Assembly (NCBI GenBank): GCA_043810925.1
Contig: JBDRNT010000015.1
Span: 1 to 38,836 of the forward strand
Direction: 5' to 3'
Origin: Candidatus Eiseniibacteriota bacterium
GTDB lineage: Bacteria; Arandabacterota; Arandabacteria; Arandabacterales; Arandabacteraceae
DNA length: 38,836 bases
In this document: in pieces, positions 19,316-29,684 of the stretch
Layout of the letters: each line of letters starts with the position of its first letter
Numbering within the stretch: position 1 is the stretch's first letter
The notes under the pieces: model-generated
Database searches by the model: none
What the model was told of the DNA's origin: nothing
What the model saw: the letters and a program-made list of their open reading frames with translations, nothing else
Program-made: the position numbers and the translations under genes

Positions 19316-20386
19316 TTATAGACCGGCGGTCTTGAGCCTGGTCTCGGTATCATGGGCGGCAAGGGCATCGATGATCTGGTCGATGTTTCCATCCAGGATC
19401 CCTTCAAGTTTGTGCACGGTCAATCCTATCCGGTGATCCGTCACCCTTGCCTGCGGGAAATTATAAGTACGTATCTTCTCGCTTCTGTCCCCGGTGCCGA
19501 CCTGTTGTTTTCTGTTTTCGGCGCGCTCGTGTTCCTGGTCCTGTCTGGCTTTGTCGAACAGTCTCGATCTCAGGACCTTGAGCGCTTTCGCCCGGTTCTT
19601 ATGCTGCGATTTCTCATCCTGGCACTGGACCACGATGCCCGTCGGCAGATGCGTTATCCTGACTGCAGAATCCGTAGTGTTAACGCTCTGGCCGCCGGGA
19701 CCGGAAGACCTGTAGACATCCAGCCGGATCTCCTCAGGTTTTATGTCGATATCGACCTCACCCGCCTCGGGAAGTATGGCGACCGTCACCGCAGAGGTAT
19801 GAATCCTGCCCGAGGATTCCGTGACCGGGATCCGCTGAACCCGGTGGACTCCGCTCTCATACTTGAGCCTGCTGTAGGCCCCCTTACCTTCGACGAGGAA
19901 GATCACTTCTTTGAATCCACCGACACCCGTGGGATTTGACCCTAAGACATCGGTTTTCCAACCGCGCTCTTCGGCGTACTTCGTATACATCCTGAAGAGA
20001 TCGGCAGCAAAAAGCGCTGCCTCATCTCCACCGGTCCCCGCCCTTATCTCGACAATCGTGTTCTTCTCATCACTGGGATCTCTGGGGAGAAGCAGCCCCT
20101 TCAGTCCGGCCTCAACAGTCTCACACTTCTCACGAAGCGTCTCGAGCTCGGCCCTTGCCATGCTTATCAGTTCCTTGTCATCAGAGGAGTGGAGTATCTC
20201 TTTAGCTTCCTTTATACCTTTCGCTATCTGCTCGTATTCGTCCGCCTTCCGTATGATATCCTCAAGGCCGCTTCGCTCTCTGGAGTACTTGAGCAGGAGA
20301 TTCCTGTCCTTGACGACTTTCTCATCCGCGAACAGCCCGCCCAGTTCCTCGAACCTCTCACGGGCCCTTTTGACCGCATCCCACAT
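19316..20386 (-). CDS. prfA: Peptide chain release factor 1
   Basis: [25 protein letters not shown] (PxT motif of RF1), [21 protein letters not shown]. Confidence 0.97.
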   Translation of the reverse strand: MWDAVKRARERFEELGGLFADEKVVKDRNLLLKYSRERSGLEDIIRKADEYEQIAKGIKEAKEILHSSDDKELISMARAELETLREKCETVEAGLKGLLLPRDPSDEKNTIVEIRAGTGGDEAALFAADLFRMYTKYAEERGWKTDVLGSNPTGVGGFKEVIFLVEGKGAYSRLKYESGVHRVQRIPVTESSGRIHTSAVTVAILPEAGEVDIDIKPEEIRLDVYRSSGPGGQSVNTTDSAVRITHLPTGIVVQCQDEKSQHKNRAKALKVLRSRLFDKARQDQEHERAENRKQQVGTGDRSEKIRTYNFPQARVTDHRIGLTVHKLEGILDGNIDQIIDALAAHDTETRLKTAGL

Positions 20387-20388
20387 AA

Positions 20389-21279
20389 TCAGGCACCCGC
20401 CTCCGGATCCAGAGCGTTCTTAAGCGCATCGAGGGCAACCTCGATCTGATCGTCACTCGGCTCTCTCGTTGTGAATCTCTGCAGCGCGAGTCCGGGGGCC
20501 ATCAGGACTCTCATCAGAACCCCACCGGTCTGTTTTCCCGCCAGTCGTATCAGCTCATAGGATATGCCGCCTATCACCGGGACGGCGCACAGCCTCAGGA
20601 ACCTTTGCCTCAGGTCATCCGGTCTACCCATGAATATGAATACGATCACACTTATCACCATGACGACGAGAAGAAAACTCGTTCCGCACCTGTTATGTCT
20701 CGTCGTGTGCTTCTTGACGTTCTCAACGGTGAGATTCTCTCCGGTCTCGAAGCAGTGGATGGACTTGTGTTCGGCCCCGTGATACTCGAAGACCCGGCGC
20801 ATGTCTTTCCACAGGTTGAGCACCATGAGATAGGTGAAGAATATCGCCAGCCTGACCAGCCCGTCCACGATGTTAAAAGCAACGCTGCCCTTGGCCCCGA
20901 CCAGATTGGCGATCACAAGCGGAAGATAGAAGAACAGAAGCAGTCCTGCGCCGAGGGCCACCACCACCGTGAGGCCCGCCGAGAGTGATGTCTTCCACCC
21001 CCGCTCCTCCTTTACCTCTCCTTCACCGGCGGAGACCACCTCTGCAGAGAACGTCAGACACTTGATACCGAGGTACAACTGTTCAAACAGGTTCACCGCG
21101 CCCCTTAAAACCGGAAGACCCAGCACCTTGTTCCTCTTCGAAAGCGCGACATAGGGTTCGACACGTGAGACGATCTCCCCGGTGGTTCTCCTCACACTTG
21201 TGGAGATACGACTGGGTGATTTCATCATCACCCCCTCGATAACTGCCTGTCCCCCTATCGTGGCCTTCTCAACTGGCAA
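20389..21279 (-). CDS. DUF1385 (YqhQ-like) membrane protein
   Basis: [37 protein letters not shown]; usual position between rpmE and prfA/prmC. Confidence 0.9.
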   Translation of the reverse strand: MPVEKATIGGQAVIEGVMMKSPSRISTSVRRTTGEIVSRVEPYVALSKRNKVLGLPVLRGAVNLFEQLYLGIKCLTFSAEVVSAGEGEVKEERGWKTSLSAGLTVVVALGAGLLLFFYLPLVIANLVGAKGSVAFNIVDGLVRLAIFFTYLMVLNLWKDMRRVFEYHGAEHKSIHCFETGENLTVENVKKHTTRHNRCGTSFLLVVMVISVIVFIFMGRPDDLRQRFLRLCAVPVIGGISYELIRLAGKQTGGVLMRVLMAPGLALQRFTTREPSDDQIEVALDALKNALDPEAGA

Positions 21280-21289
21280 AAGCGGTCAC

Positions 21290-21517
21290 CTACTTGTCAT
21301 CTTCTTTCTTTTCTTCTTCCTTGATTCCGTACTTCCGACGGAACCGCTCGACACGCCCTGCGGTATCGACCAGCTTCTGTTTGCCGGTGAAGTATGGATG
21401 GCAGCTTGAACAGATTTCGACCCGGATCTCCGGTGTCGTCGACCTGGTCTCGATCACACTGCCGCAGACACAGACGATCTTTGTCTTCACATACTTAGGA
21501 TGGATTCCCTTCTTCAA
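21290..21517 (-). CDS. rpmE: 50S ribosomal protein L31 (zinc-binding C+ type)
   Basis: [39 protein letters not shown] start follows AAGGAGGT. Confidence 0.96.
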   Translation of the reverse strand: MKKGIHPKYVKTKIVCVCGSVIETRSTTPEIRVEICSSCHPYFTGKQKLVDTAGRVERFRRKYGIKEEEKKEDDK

Positions 21518-21661
21518 CTTTACCGACCTCCTTCTGCTTGCCATCTCGCCGTAGCGTGAGCGAAGGCGGATATCCGTCTTTGCCGGGGCTTCGGCGAGAT
21601 ATCGCGGATAAACGTCGGGGCGGCATAAGCCGCCCTTTCGCTTCACTGCGTCCGGCCTAAT

Positions 21662-22909
21662 CTAAGTGTTCATGGCTTTCAGGAACAGCTTGTTGGTCTT
21701 GGTCTTCGAAATCCTCTGGACGAGGAATTCCATCGCTTCAACCGGGTTCTTGTCACTCAGGAACTTTCTCAGGATCCAGACCTTATTGAGTTCCTCCGGC
21801 GCCAACAGCAGCTCCTCCTTACGAGTACCCGACCTGTTGAGGTCGATGGCGGGGAATATCCGCCTGTCTGCTATCTTCCTGTCCAGGTCAATCTCCAGAT
21901 TTCCGGTACCTTTGAACTCCTCGAAAATCACGTCGTCCATCCGGCTCCCGGTCTCAATCAGTGCAGTCGCCATAATCGTCAGGCTGCCACCCTCCTCGAC
22001 GTTCCTCGCGGCCCCGAAAAAGCGTTTGGGCCACTGAAGCGCATTGGAGTCAATTCCACCGGAGAGGATCTTGCCGCTGTGAGGGATCACCGCGTTGTTT
22101 GCCCTCGCCAGCCTGGTGATGCTGTCCAGGAGAATCACGACCTCGCGCTTATGCTCGACAAGCCGTTTGGCCTTCTCCATGACCATATTGGCCACCTGTA
22201 TGTGCCTCGTCGGCGGCTCATCGAAAGTCGAGCTTATCACCTCACCCTTGACATTCCTTTCCATATCGGTGACCTCTTCAGGCCGCTCGTCTATCAGGAG
22301 GACAATCAGCTCGATTTCAGGGTGATTGGTCGTTATTGCATTGGCCACGCTTTGAAGCAGCATGGTCTTACCTGCACGCGGGGGGGAGACGATCAGGCCT
22401 CTTTGTCCCATACCTATAGGTGTGAAAAGATTGCATATCCGGGTGGATATGTCCTTCGGGTCCCATTCAAGGTTGATTCGGTCAAGCGGATAAAGAGGTG
22501 TCAGGTTGTCGAAGAGAATCCGCTCTTTGGCAACCTCGGGGTTTTCGAAATTGACGGCCTCCACTCTCAACAGGGCGAAATACCTTTCGTTGTCTTTCGG
22601 CGGCCGGACCTGCCCTGATACTGTGTCCCCGGTGCGAAGAGCGAATTTCTTTATCTGTGAGGGGGAAACATAGATGTCGTCGGGTCCAGGCAGGTAGCTA
22701 TAGTCCGCCGAACGCAGGAAGCCGTAGCCGTCATCAAGTATTTCAAGAACGCCCTGCGAGAAGATCAGTCCGTTCTTCTCGGTCTGGACCTCTAGAATCT
22801 TAAAGATCAGCTCCTGTTTCCTGAGACCACTCACTCCCTGAATATCAAGTTCCTTCGCAACTTTGAGCAGGTCGGAAATGGTCTTGGTTTTCATCTCGAC
22901 AATATCCAT
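21662..22909 (-). CDS. rho: Transcription termination factor Rho
   Basis: [67 protein letters not shown]. Start is 22909 or 22930. Confidence 0.97.
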   Translation of the reverse strand: MDIVEMKTKTISDLLKVAKELDIQGVSGLRKQELIFKILEVQTEKNGLIFSQGVLEILDDGYGFLRSADYSYLPGPDDIYVSPSQIKKFALRTGDTVSGQVRPPKDNERYFALLRVEAVNFENPEVAKERILFDNLTPLYPLDRINLEWDPKDISTRICNLFTPIGMGQRGLIVSPPRAGKTMLLQSVANAITTNHPEIELIVLLIDERPEEVTDMERNVKGEVISSTFDEPPTRHIQVANMVMEKAKRLVEHKREVVILLDSITRLARANNAVIPHSGKILSGGIDSNALQWPKRFFGAARNVEEGGSLTIMATALIETGSRMDDVIFEEFKGTGNLEIDLDRKIADRRIFPAIDLNRSGTRKEELLLAPEELNKVWILRKFLSDKNPVEAMEFLVQRISKTKTNKLFLKAMNT

Positions 22910-23166
22910 GTTATCGACCTCTTGAGTCATTTCATCCACCTCTCCGGATATGTAGGATTTGAATCTCCATGTCATCGCCGGTACGCCGGCACACTTGGAA
23001 TGGGTCTTGTGGTGAGCGTTTCATCTGGTAAACTCTGCCCTGTCTACTCCTGATAACGGCTGGATTTGCCGTCAACATGCTTCAGTCAGACTGAGGCTTT
23101 TCCTAAGGGTCGGGTTTCAATTAACAGAACGACTCAACAGGAATGTGTACTCCGAAACTCCATCTA

Positions 23167-23195
23167 ATGCTAAACAACACAAATCACAATGTCAA
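23167..23195 (-). promoter_or_regulatory. sigma70-type promoter of rho
   Basis: Minus strand TTGACA-N17-TAGCAT, about 250 nt upstream of rho. Confidence 0.65.
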
Positions 23196-23208
23196 GTCAA
23201 TTAAGACG

Positions 23209-24249
23209 TTATTCTCCTGAGAGCTCCTTGGCGCGTTCGAACTCCGCCATCGCCTCCGTACTCCTACCCATCTTGCCGTATGTCGCTCCAAGCATCTCGT
23301 GAAGCTCGGCTGTCTCTTCGATCTCAAGCACTCTTTCGAAGATCGATACCGCGTCCTCGTATTGCTCTATCTTGATATAGGAAACACCGAGGTTGTACAT
23401 GGCATCCCTGTAAAGTTCAGGATTGTCCTGCTGAGAAAGCCCTGCGGCCTTCTGAAAACCCTGGGCCGCATCAGCGAAATTCTCAAGGCTGAAGTACGAC
23501 GCACCTATCTGATAGTGAAGCGCAGCATCATCAGTCCTGGTTTCGGCAGCTTTGTTATAGTACGTAAGCGCTTTTTCGAATTCCTTCTGGTTGAAATACA
23601 TGTCCCCGAGCGAGAAGAGACCGTCGGTATCGTCCGGGTCAAGTTCTACCACCTTGGCAAAAGCCTCACCGGCCAGATCGTACTCGCGCCTCGACTGGTA
23701 AGTTATGCCCAGGTTCCGCCAGGCATCAACGGATTGCGGGTCGACCTCGACGGATCGTTTGAAAGCACCGAGCGCTTTGTCCTCCTGCTTGAGCATGGAG
23801 TAGGCAACCCCGAGGTTGATGTGTCCCTTGGCATAACCCGGCTCGACTGCCACGGCGTTTTCGAAGTACGCCACAGCTCCTTCATAGTTCATCGTGGCAT
23901 TCTCCGTGATGCCCTTGTTGTAATTATCGACAAAGAAGGCATGCTGGTTGTTGTAGACATCTTCCTTCCTGTCCTCCGGGGCGGTGGCCTGAGCATCCGC
24001 GAAGGCCTTTTCCGCCTCCGCATACTTCTCCTGCATGGCCAGGGACATTGCCAGGATCAGATGGGCTTCCCAGTTGTCGGGCTCATCCATGACGGCCTTC
24101 TTCGCGAAAGCCTCCGCCCTCGCATAGTCCGCATTCTTGTAGTAGTACACCTTGGCGCTCGTGAAATTGGTCGATCCTCCGCACCCGATTACACAACAGG
24201 AGATAGCAGCCAGCAAAGCCGCAACCAGTATAATCTTAAGACCACGCAT
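23209..24249 (-). CDS. Tetratricopeptide-repeat lipoprotein
   Basis: Lipobox-like VIGC after a hydrophobic leader; repeated NLG..Y....A...F..A...P units; AAGGAGG RBS. Confidence 0.85.
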   Translation of the reverse strand: MRGLKIILVAALLAAISCCVIGCGGSTNFTSAKVYYYKNADYARAEAFAKKAVMDEPDNWEAHLILAMSLAMQEKYAEAEKAFADAQATAPEDRKEDVYNNQHAFFVDNYNKGITENATMNYEGAVAYFENAVAVEPGYAKGHINLGVAYSMLKQEDKALGAFKRSVEVDPQSVDAWRNLGITYQSRREYDLAGEAFAKVVELDPDDTDGLFSLGDMYFNQKEFEKALTYYNKAAETRTDDAALHYQIGASYFSLENFADAAQGFQKAAGLSQQDNPELYRDAMYNLGVSYIKIEQYEDAVSIFERVLEIEETAELHEMLGATYGKMGRSTEAMAEFERAKELSGE

Positions 24250-24850
24250 GTCATCCTCCTTAAGACAGAACTCAATCCAAGTGGACTATTATATACCTGA
24301 GACCGATTGTCAAGCTAAGATGAACACTAAGAGCTAATGTAGCCACAACCTCCCGCCGATCTCCCCTGATGGAGGTCGTCATGAGGAATGGGCAACGAAC
24401 GAGTGCTCATATCCATGGTACACGCGTACCTTTCGAGCACGCATATACCGCTGTGATGCTTGCACCCTTTGACTTTTCCTCAAACGGGGGTCAACCGTCA
24501 CAAGCGCCGCAAGCCCATCCAATATCGTGCGCTCCTCCAAAGAATCGGAATGAGGCCACGGGGATTCGCACACACTACGAAGGAGATCGTTTCCCCTACC
24601 GTGCACACCAGAGTTCCAACCTGAAACTCTGCAGGCCTGACAGGCCGCTCGCAACATTCTCAGGCAAGTGCACGGATGCCGTTGCCACTGCGGGAGCACT
24701 CCAGCCAGAGTTCCCGTTTGACGCAAGACGCCGCTCTCTATCTGCAAGCACCTCCAGCTTGGGCGAGCTTTATCCTGCACTGTGCAATCAGCAGGGTAAG
24801 GAAGGGTGTAGAAAAGAGTCGGCAGTCTCCTTCCCCCGTGGCCTTTCTTA

Positions 24851-24931
24851 TGGGTGGGGTCTTTTGCAGATCACAAGCGTCCCAGCGAGTTTGCGTGCCG
24901 GGCTCGCAGGTAGAACATCTGACCCCACCCA
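24851..24931. repeat. Degenerate REP-like inverted pair
   Basis: tgggtggggtc (24851-24861) / gaccccaccca (24921-24931); the right arm reads tctgacccca as in the RAYT flanks. Confidence 0.45.
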
Positions 24932-25022
24932 ACCCCCACCCCACCGAAAGCGGATCGGGGCGGGCCGGTTCGACACTGAACCGGATTGCCGGGTGTGCTG
25001 ACAGCTGACACCAGAGGTCGTC

Positions 25023-28000
25023 GTGAGATACTTGTGCAAGAATATACCCGGTACCCTGGCTGCATTCGCGGTGGTTTCGGGGATCTATCTGACAACTGAA
25101 CTGGCCCGGTCTCCACAGTTAAGTCATGGACCATCAACCCGCCTTGTAATCGCGGCCGCCGTGCAACTGGCGGTCCTCATTTTCTTGTGTATCACTGTTT
25201 GGATGACGCTGCGCAGGCACAGGCACCGTGAGATCGGCGTCAAGCGAGACCTCGATCGCGTGGGAAGTTACATCGAGACAGCAGGGGCGGCGATCGCCGT
25301 GATCGATGGCAACGAGCGAGTCACGTTCATGAATACCGAGGCCTGCGCAATCCTCGGTCGCGACAAGCACGAAGTCCTCGGCAGGAACTGGTTTGACGGT
25401 TTCCTTCCGGAAGAGACCAGAGAAGACCTGAGAACCGCTTTTCAGTTGATTATAGACGGCAGAACCGAGCTGGATAAGACCGTCGAGTACCCGGTGCTCA
25501 CGCGAAACGGCGAGACAAGGCTGATGGCATGGCATCGCACTCTGCTGCGTGACGAGAGCGGCAAGATCGTATCAGTACTGAATCTGGGCGAGGACATCAC
25601 CGAGCGGAAGCGGACCGATGACTTGAATGCCATCCTCCGTGAGCTGGGAATGGCGCTGAGCACCGTGTCCAACCTCGAGTATGGACTCAAGGTGTGTCTC
25701 GAAGCCGCTCTTGGGGCGTCGGGCATGGATTGTGGAGGCATCTGCCTCATCGATGAGACCTCGGGGGCCCTTGATCTGGTGTTTCATCAGGGCCTATCAC
25801 CGGAATTCATCAACAGTGCCTCACATTTCGACGCTGATTCGAAAAACACCAGGATCGTGATGGCCGGAAAACCGGTCTATACAACGCACGGGGCGCTCCA
25901 GGACGTGTTCGGTGTGCATCTGGCCGAGGGTGAGAGGCACGAGAGGCTTAAGGCTCTGGCCGTGATTCCGATGAGCTGCGAGGGACGGGTGATCGGTTGC
26001 GTGAACGTCGCGTCACACAAATTCAGGGACGTTCCAGTGGGATCGCACGCGGCGCTCGAGACCATCTCTGCGGAGATCGGCAGTGCGATCGTGCGACTCA
26101 GAGCAGAGCGGGCACAGCAAGAGAGCGAGCAAAGGTTCCGGGATCTGGCTGAAAATGCAAGTGAATGGATCTGGGAGGTCGATGCGGAGGGCAGGTACAC
26201 CTACTCGAGCCCGCTCGTTAAGAAGGTGCTGGGTTACGGGCCGGAGGAGGTACTCGGAAAGCACTTCTATGATTTCTTTGTCCCGGAAGAACGTGAGTTC
26301 TTAAAGCAAGCGGCGTTGGCCGTGTTCGCCAGCAAGGAGCCTTTTCGGGCGTTCGTCAACCGGAACATCCACAGGAACGGAGAGGTCCGGTGGCTTTCAA
26401 CAAGCGGTGTGCCCATTCTCGACAGCGATGGCAACCTGCGTGGTTACAGGGGCATAGACACGGATATCAGCGAGCGCAAGTGGGTCGAAGACGAGTTGAT
26501 TTGCCTTTCAAGCGCGGTCAGAGCATCGATCGATGCGATCGTGGTGAGCGATGTCCAGGGGAAGATAACCGAGGCCAACGACGCAGCTCTTTCTATGTTT
26601 GGCGCCGGTCACAGAAGCGACCTCATCGGTATGAACGCACTGGACCTGTTCGCTCCCGAAGATCGTAAGGAAGCCGCCGCCGGGCTGGATACGACCTTCA
26701 AGACCGGATACACAAGGGCCAAGGAGTATGAAATCATAACGCTCGCCGGGGCGCGGATCCCGGCCGAGATAACAACAAGTGTCATGAAAGATGTGAACGG
26801 GGAACCCACAGGTATTGTCGGCGTAGTCCGGGATATCACGGAACGCAGGCAGACCGAAAACGCGCTCAGGGAAAGCGAAGAGAGATATCGCGATCTCTTT
26901 GAGAACGCCAATGATCTAATTCAAAGTGTTGCACCCGACGGGCACTTCATATATGTCAACCGCGCATGGCGAGAGACGCTGGGCTACAGCGAGGAAGAGG
27001 TCGGGGGACTTAACTTGTTCGATATCATTGATCCGGACTGGCATGAGCACTGCAGACAAGTATTCGAACAGGTGATGTCCGGTGAGCCGGCCTGTTACAT
27101 CGAGACGGTGTTCATTTCCAGGGACGGCCGGAAGATCATCGCGGAAGGTAGCGCAAGTTGCCGAACACAGGACGGCAAACCTGTCTCTACCAGAGCGATC
27201 TTCCGTGACGTCACCACGCGCAAGTACGCCGAAGAGGCATTGCGACATTCGGAGCGGGATCTCAGAATCAGGAACGCAATTGCGCACGTCTTCCTCACAG
27301 CCCCCGAGAATGAGGTATTCACGGAGGTCATGAAGATCGTCCTGAAGGCGGTCAACAGCACCCACGGGCTCTTCGGATACATCTGTCGGACCGGTGATCT
27401 CGTGTGCCTGTCAGTCACCAAGGGGATTGTGAAAGAGGACCTGACGCTCGATGTGGGTGCAATTCTGCCGCGCGAGAAGTGGTCCGGCATCTGGGGAAGG
27501 GCACTAACGGAGAAGAGACTGGTGTGCTCCGGCCCGGCCGCAGATATCACTGAGGACCGGGCCCCCGTCTGCAAGACTGTGGCCGCACCGATCATACACA
27601 ATGACCGGGTGATCGGCTTGATAATGGTCGCCAACAAGCCGGACGACTACGACGACGATGACGTCAGACTGCTTGAGACGACCGCAGGCAACATCGCACC
27701 GATCTTACATGCAAGACTCGAAAGGGATGGCGAGGAAGACGCACGGAAACAGGCAGAGAAAGATAAGGCGGGAATACGCGCACAGCTGATCCATGCACAG
27801 AAGATGGACGCAATCGGCACTCTGGCCGGCGGCATCGCTCATGACTTCAACGACCTGCTGTCCACAATTCAGGGTTGCAGCGAGCTTGCGTTGCAGAAGA
27901 CCTCGGAGGAAGATCCCGTCAGGAATGACCTGGACCAGATACGTGAAGCGACCCAGCGTGCCGCCGATCTCGCCAGGCAACTGTTGCTTTTCAGCCGTCA

Positions 28001-28942
28001 GCAGCCGATGGAGACGTCGCTTATTGATCTCAATAAGGTGACGACAAACATGCTGGAAATGCTTGGCCGTCTCATCAGCGAGAACATTGAGGTCGATTTC
28101 CATCTTGACCCCGACCTGCCTGTGGTGCGCGGCGACAGGTCCAACATGGAACAGGTGATAATGAATCTCGTGCTCAACGCCCGCGATGCGATGCCGGGAG
28201 GCGGCAAGATCATCATCACCACCGAGAGTGTGACCCTGGATGAAAATCAATGCGCTGTCCTCGCCCAGGCGACACCCGGCAAGTACGTTTGCATCACGGT
28301 CACCGATGAAGGGATCGGCATGGACAGCGACACCCTCGAGCACATATTTGAACCCTTCTTCAGCACCAATGTAGCCGGAGAAGGCGCAGGGTTGGGTCTT
28401 GCGGTTGTCCATAGTATAATCCAGCAGCACGAAGGCTGGATAGACGCTTACAGTGAGCCTGGCAACGGCGCGACATTCAAGGTCTACTTCAAAGCTTTCT
28501 CGGCAACCATAGAGGAGAAGCACCGGGAGAAGTCATCGTTGAAGAATTACCAGGGCAACGGCGAGACTATCCTATCGTCGAAGATGAGGAGAGCGTCCGC
28601 CGGTTGGCTGCGAAGATATTCAGCTCCAGCGGTTACGTGACGACGGATGTCCCCAGCGCGGAAGATGCGTTGGATCTCTTCGAGAAGCAAAGCGGAAACT
28701 TCGATCTTGTCTTCAGTGACGTTATGCTCCCGGGAAAGAACGGAGTCGAGCTCGCCGATGAGCTACTCACGCGTAAGCCGGACCTTAAGATTCTGCTCAC
28801 AAGCGGACACCTTGATGATAGAGCTCAGTGGTCCATAGTCTGCGACAAAGGCCTCAAGTTCCTGCACAAGCCCTTCACCGTGCTCGACCTGCTTCAGGCG
28901 GCAAAAGAGGCACTTGTGCCGGCCGGTGTGGGCAGCGAGTAG
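25023..28942 (+). pseudogene. Hybrid multi-PAS/GAF sensor histidine kinase with a frameshift before the receiver domain (pseudogene or sequencing error)
   Basis: TM-PAS-GAF-3xPAS-GAF-HisKA (GGIAHDFND)-HATPase in 25023..28640. The receiver (IVEDEESVR..DLVFSDVMLPG..KPF) continues in another frame to 28942, with the break at about 28573. Confidence 0.85.
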
Positions 28943-29130
28943 CCATCAACGCAACACCCACCACAACTAAAGAACAAGGTACGCGCCGACGATAGCTATT
29001 ATGAGGACCTGTGAAGCGGTCGGATCACAAAGATACGTTGAGGATCGGCGAGTGAGTATGACGCCGCCATCGCTGACGGATACGGCGCCGCAGCCTGGGG
29101 CTCGTGAATAACCCCGGCCGAGTGAGGATG

Positions 29131-29436
29131 GGAGGTTCTGGGCATGTGTGCGTTAGTGGCTGTGTCCAGGGCATTGCTGCACCAGGCACTAGTGATCTGC
29201 ACAGGAGGTCGTCGGTGGTGTGCAGATCGTGGCCGGGGTGCAACTGCGTTATACCATGTCCCGCACAGGAGGTCGTCAGTGGTGTGCAGGACGGTATCAA
29301 AGACGTAGCCACTCTTGCCGTTCCCATACGGGAGGCGGCCACCCGGTATAGGAACATCTCTCTGTCGCCAGTGACAAGGTTGGGCACCTTATCGTTCCTG
29401 GCTCCTTCCCCTTTACCTATCAAACCCAGAACCTCC
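29131..29436. ncRNA. Candidate large structured ncRNA with twin hairpins
   Basis: 12-bp closing helix (29131-29142/29425-29436), inner helix (29155-29166/29302-29313), two 10-bp stems with near-identical 15-nt loops (29194-29228, 29258-29292), and further hairpins. No convincing protein is encoded. Strand is uncertain. Confidence 0.55.
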
Positions 29437-29581
29437 ACAGTCTCTCCTTAAAACACCTGAAGGCACAATCGAAATCGCTTCCCCTTTGAGAAAGCCATCT
29501 CAACTGTGCCTTCGACTTGTAAGTCTAAAACCTACCCGGCAAGGCAAGTCAAGTTTGTATCATGAACCAATGTCAGTCAAG

Positions 29582-29631
29582 TTATCGGCGTCTGCTCTGA
29601 CGACTTTAGCTAATTGTCTGATCTTCGTCAA
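29582..29631 (-). promoter_or_regulatory. sigma28 (FliA/SigD)-type promoter overlapping a sigma70-like promoter, copy 1
   Basis: Minus strand TAAA-N15-GCCGATAA (exact consensus), preceded by TTGACG-N17-TAAAGT. Confidence 0.75.
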
Positions 29632-29684
29632 GCGCTGAGTCCTCTTGCCTCTTTTGACACTGTCATGAGCCATCATCAATCAAC

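Noticed and set aside
21618-21639. Intrinsic terminator after rho
   Set aside because: The hairpin has no U-tract directly after it on the transcribed (minus) strand; treated instead as part of a possible leader switch.
11175-24300. Long plus-strand ORFs such as 11175-12032, 13998-14714, 17119-17760 and 23299-24300
   Set aside because: They are antisense shadows of well-supported minus-strand genes, common in GC-rich DNA.
24369-25001. 210-aa plus ORF as a confident CDS
   Set aside because: Pro/Ser/Arg-rich with no motif, and it runs through a REP-like pair. Insufficient support despite an RBS.
24300-25022. c-di-GMP riboswitch upstream of the kinase
   Set aside because: No GGCAAA..GAAA..GACGCAAA architecture was found by eye; cmscan would be needed to exclude it.
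29268-29282. Hammerhead ribozyme core CUGACGA on the minus strand
   Set aside because: It sits in a terminal loop with no stem II or GAAA, and the sister loop has CCGACGA.
29199-29289. CRISPR mini-array (27-bp repeat, 37-bp spacer, 27-bp repeat)
   Set aside because: Only two repeats and no cas genes. Both halves of the 'spacer' pair with the outer flanks, so it is part of the hairpin stems.
29025-29438. 137-aa minus ORF, and overlapping plus ORF 29104-29451, as protein genes
   Set aside because: No recognisable motif, and the 64-bp repeat period is not a multiple of 3, so the repeat is not protein-level. Kept only as a possibility in the findings.
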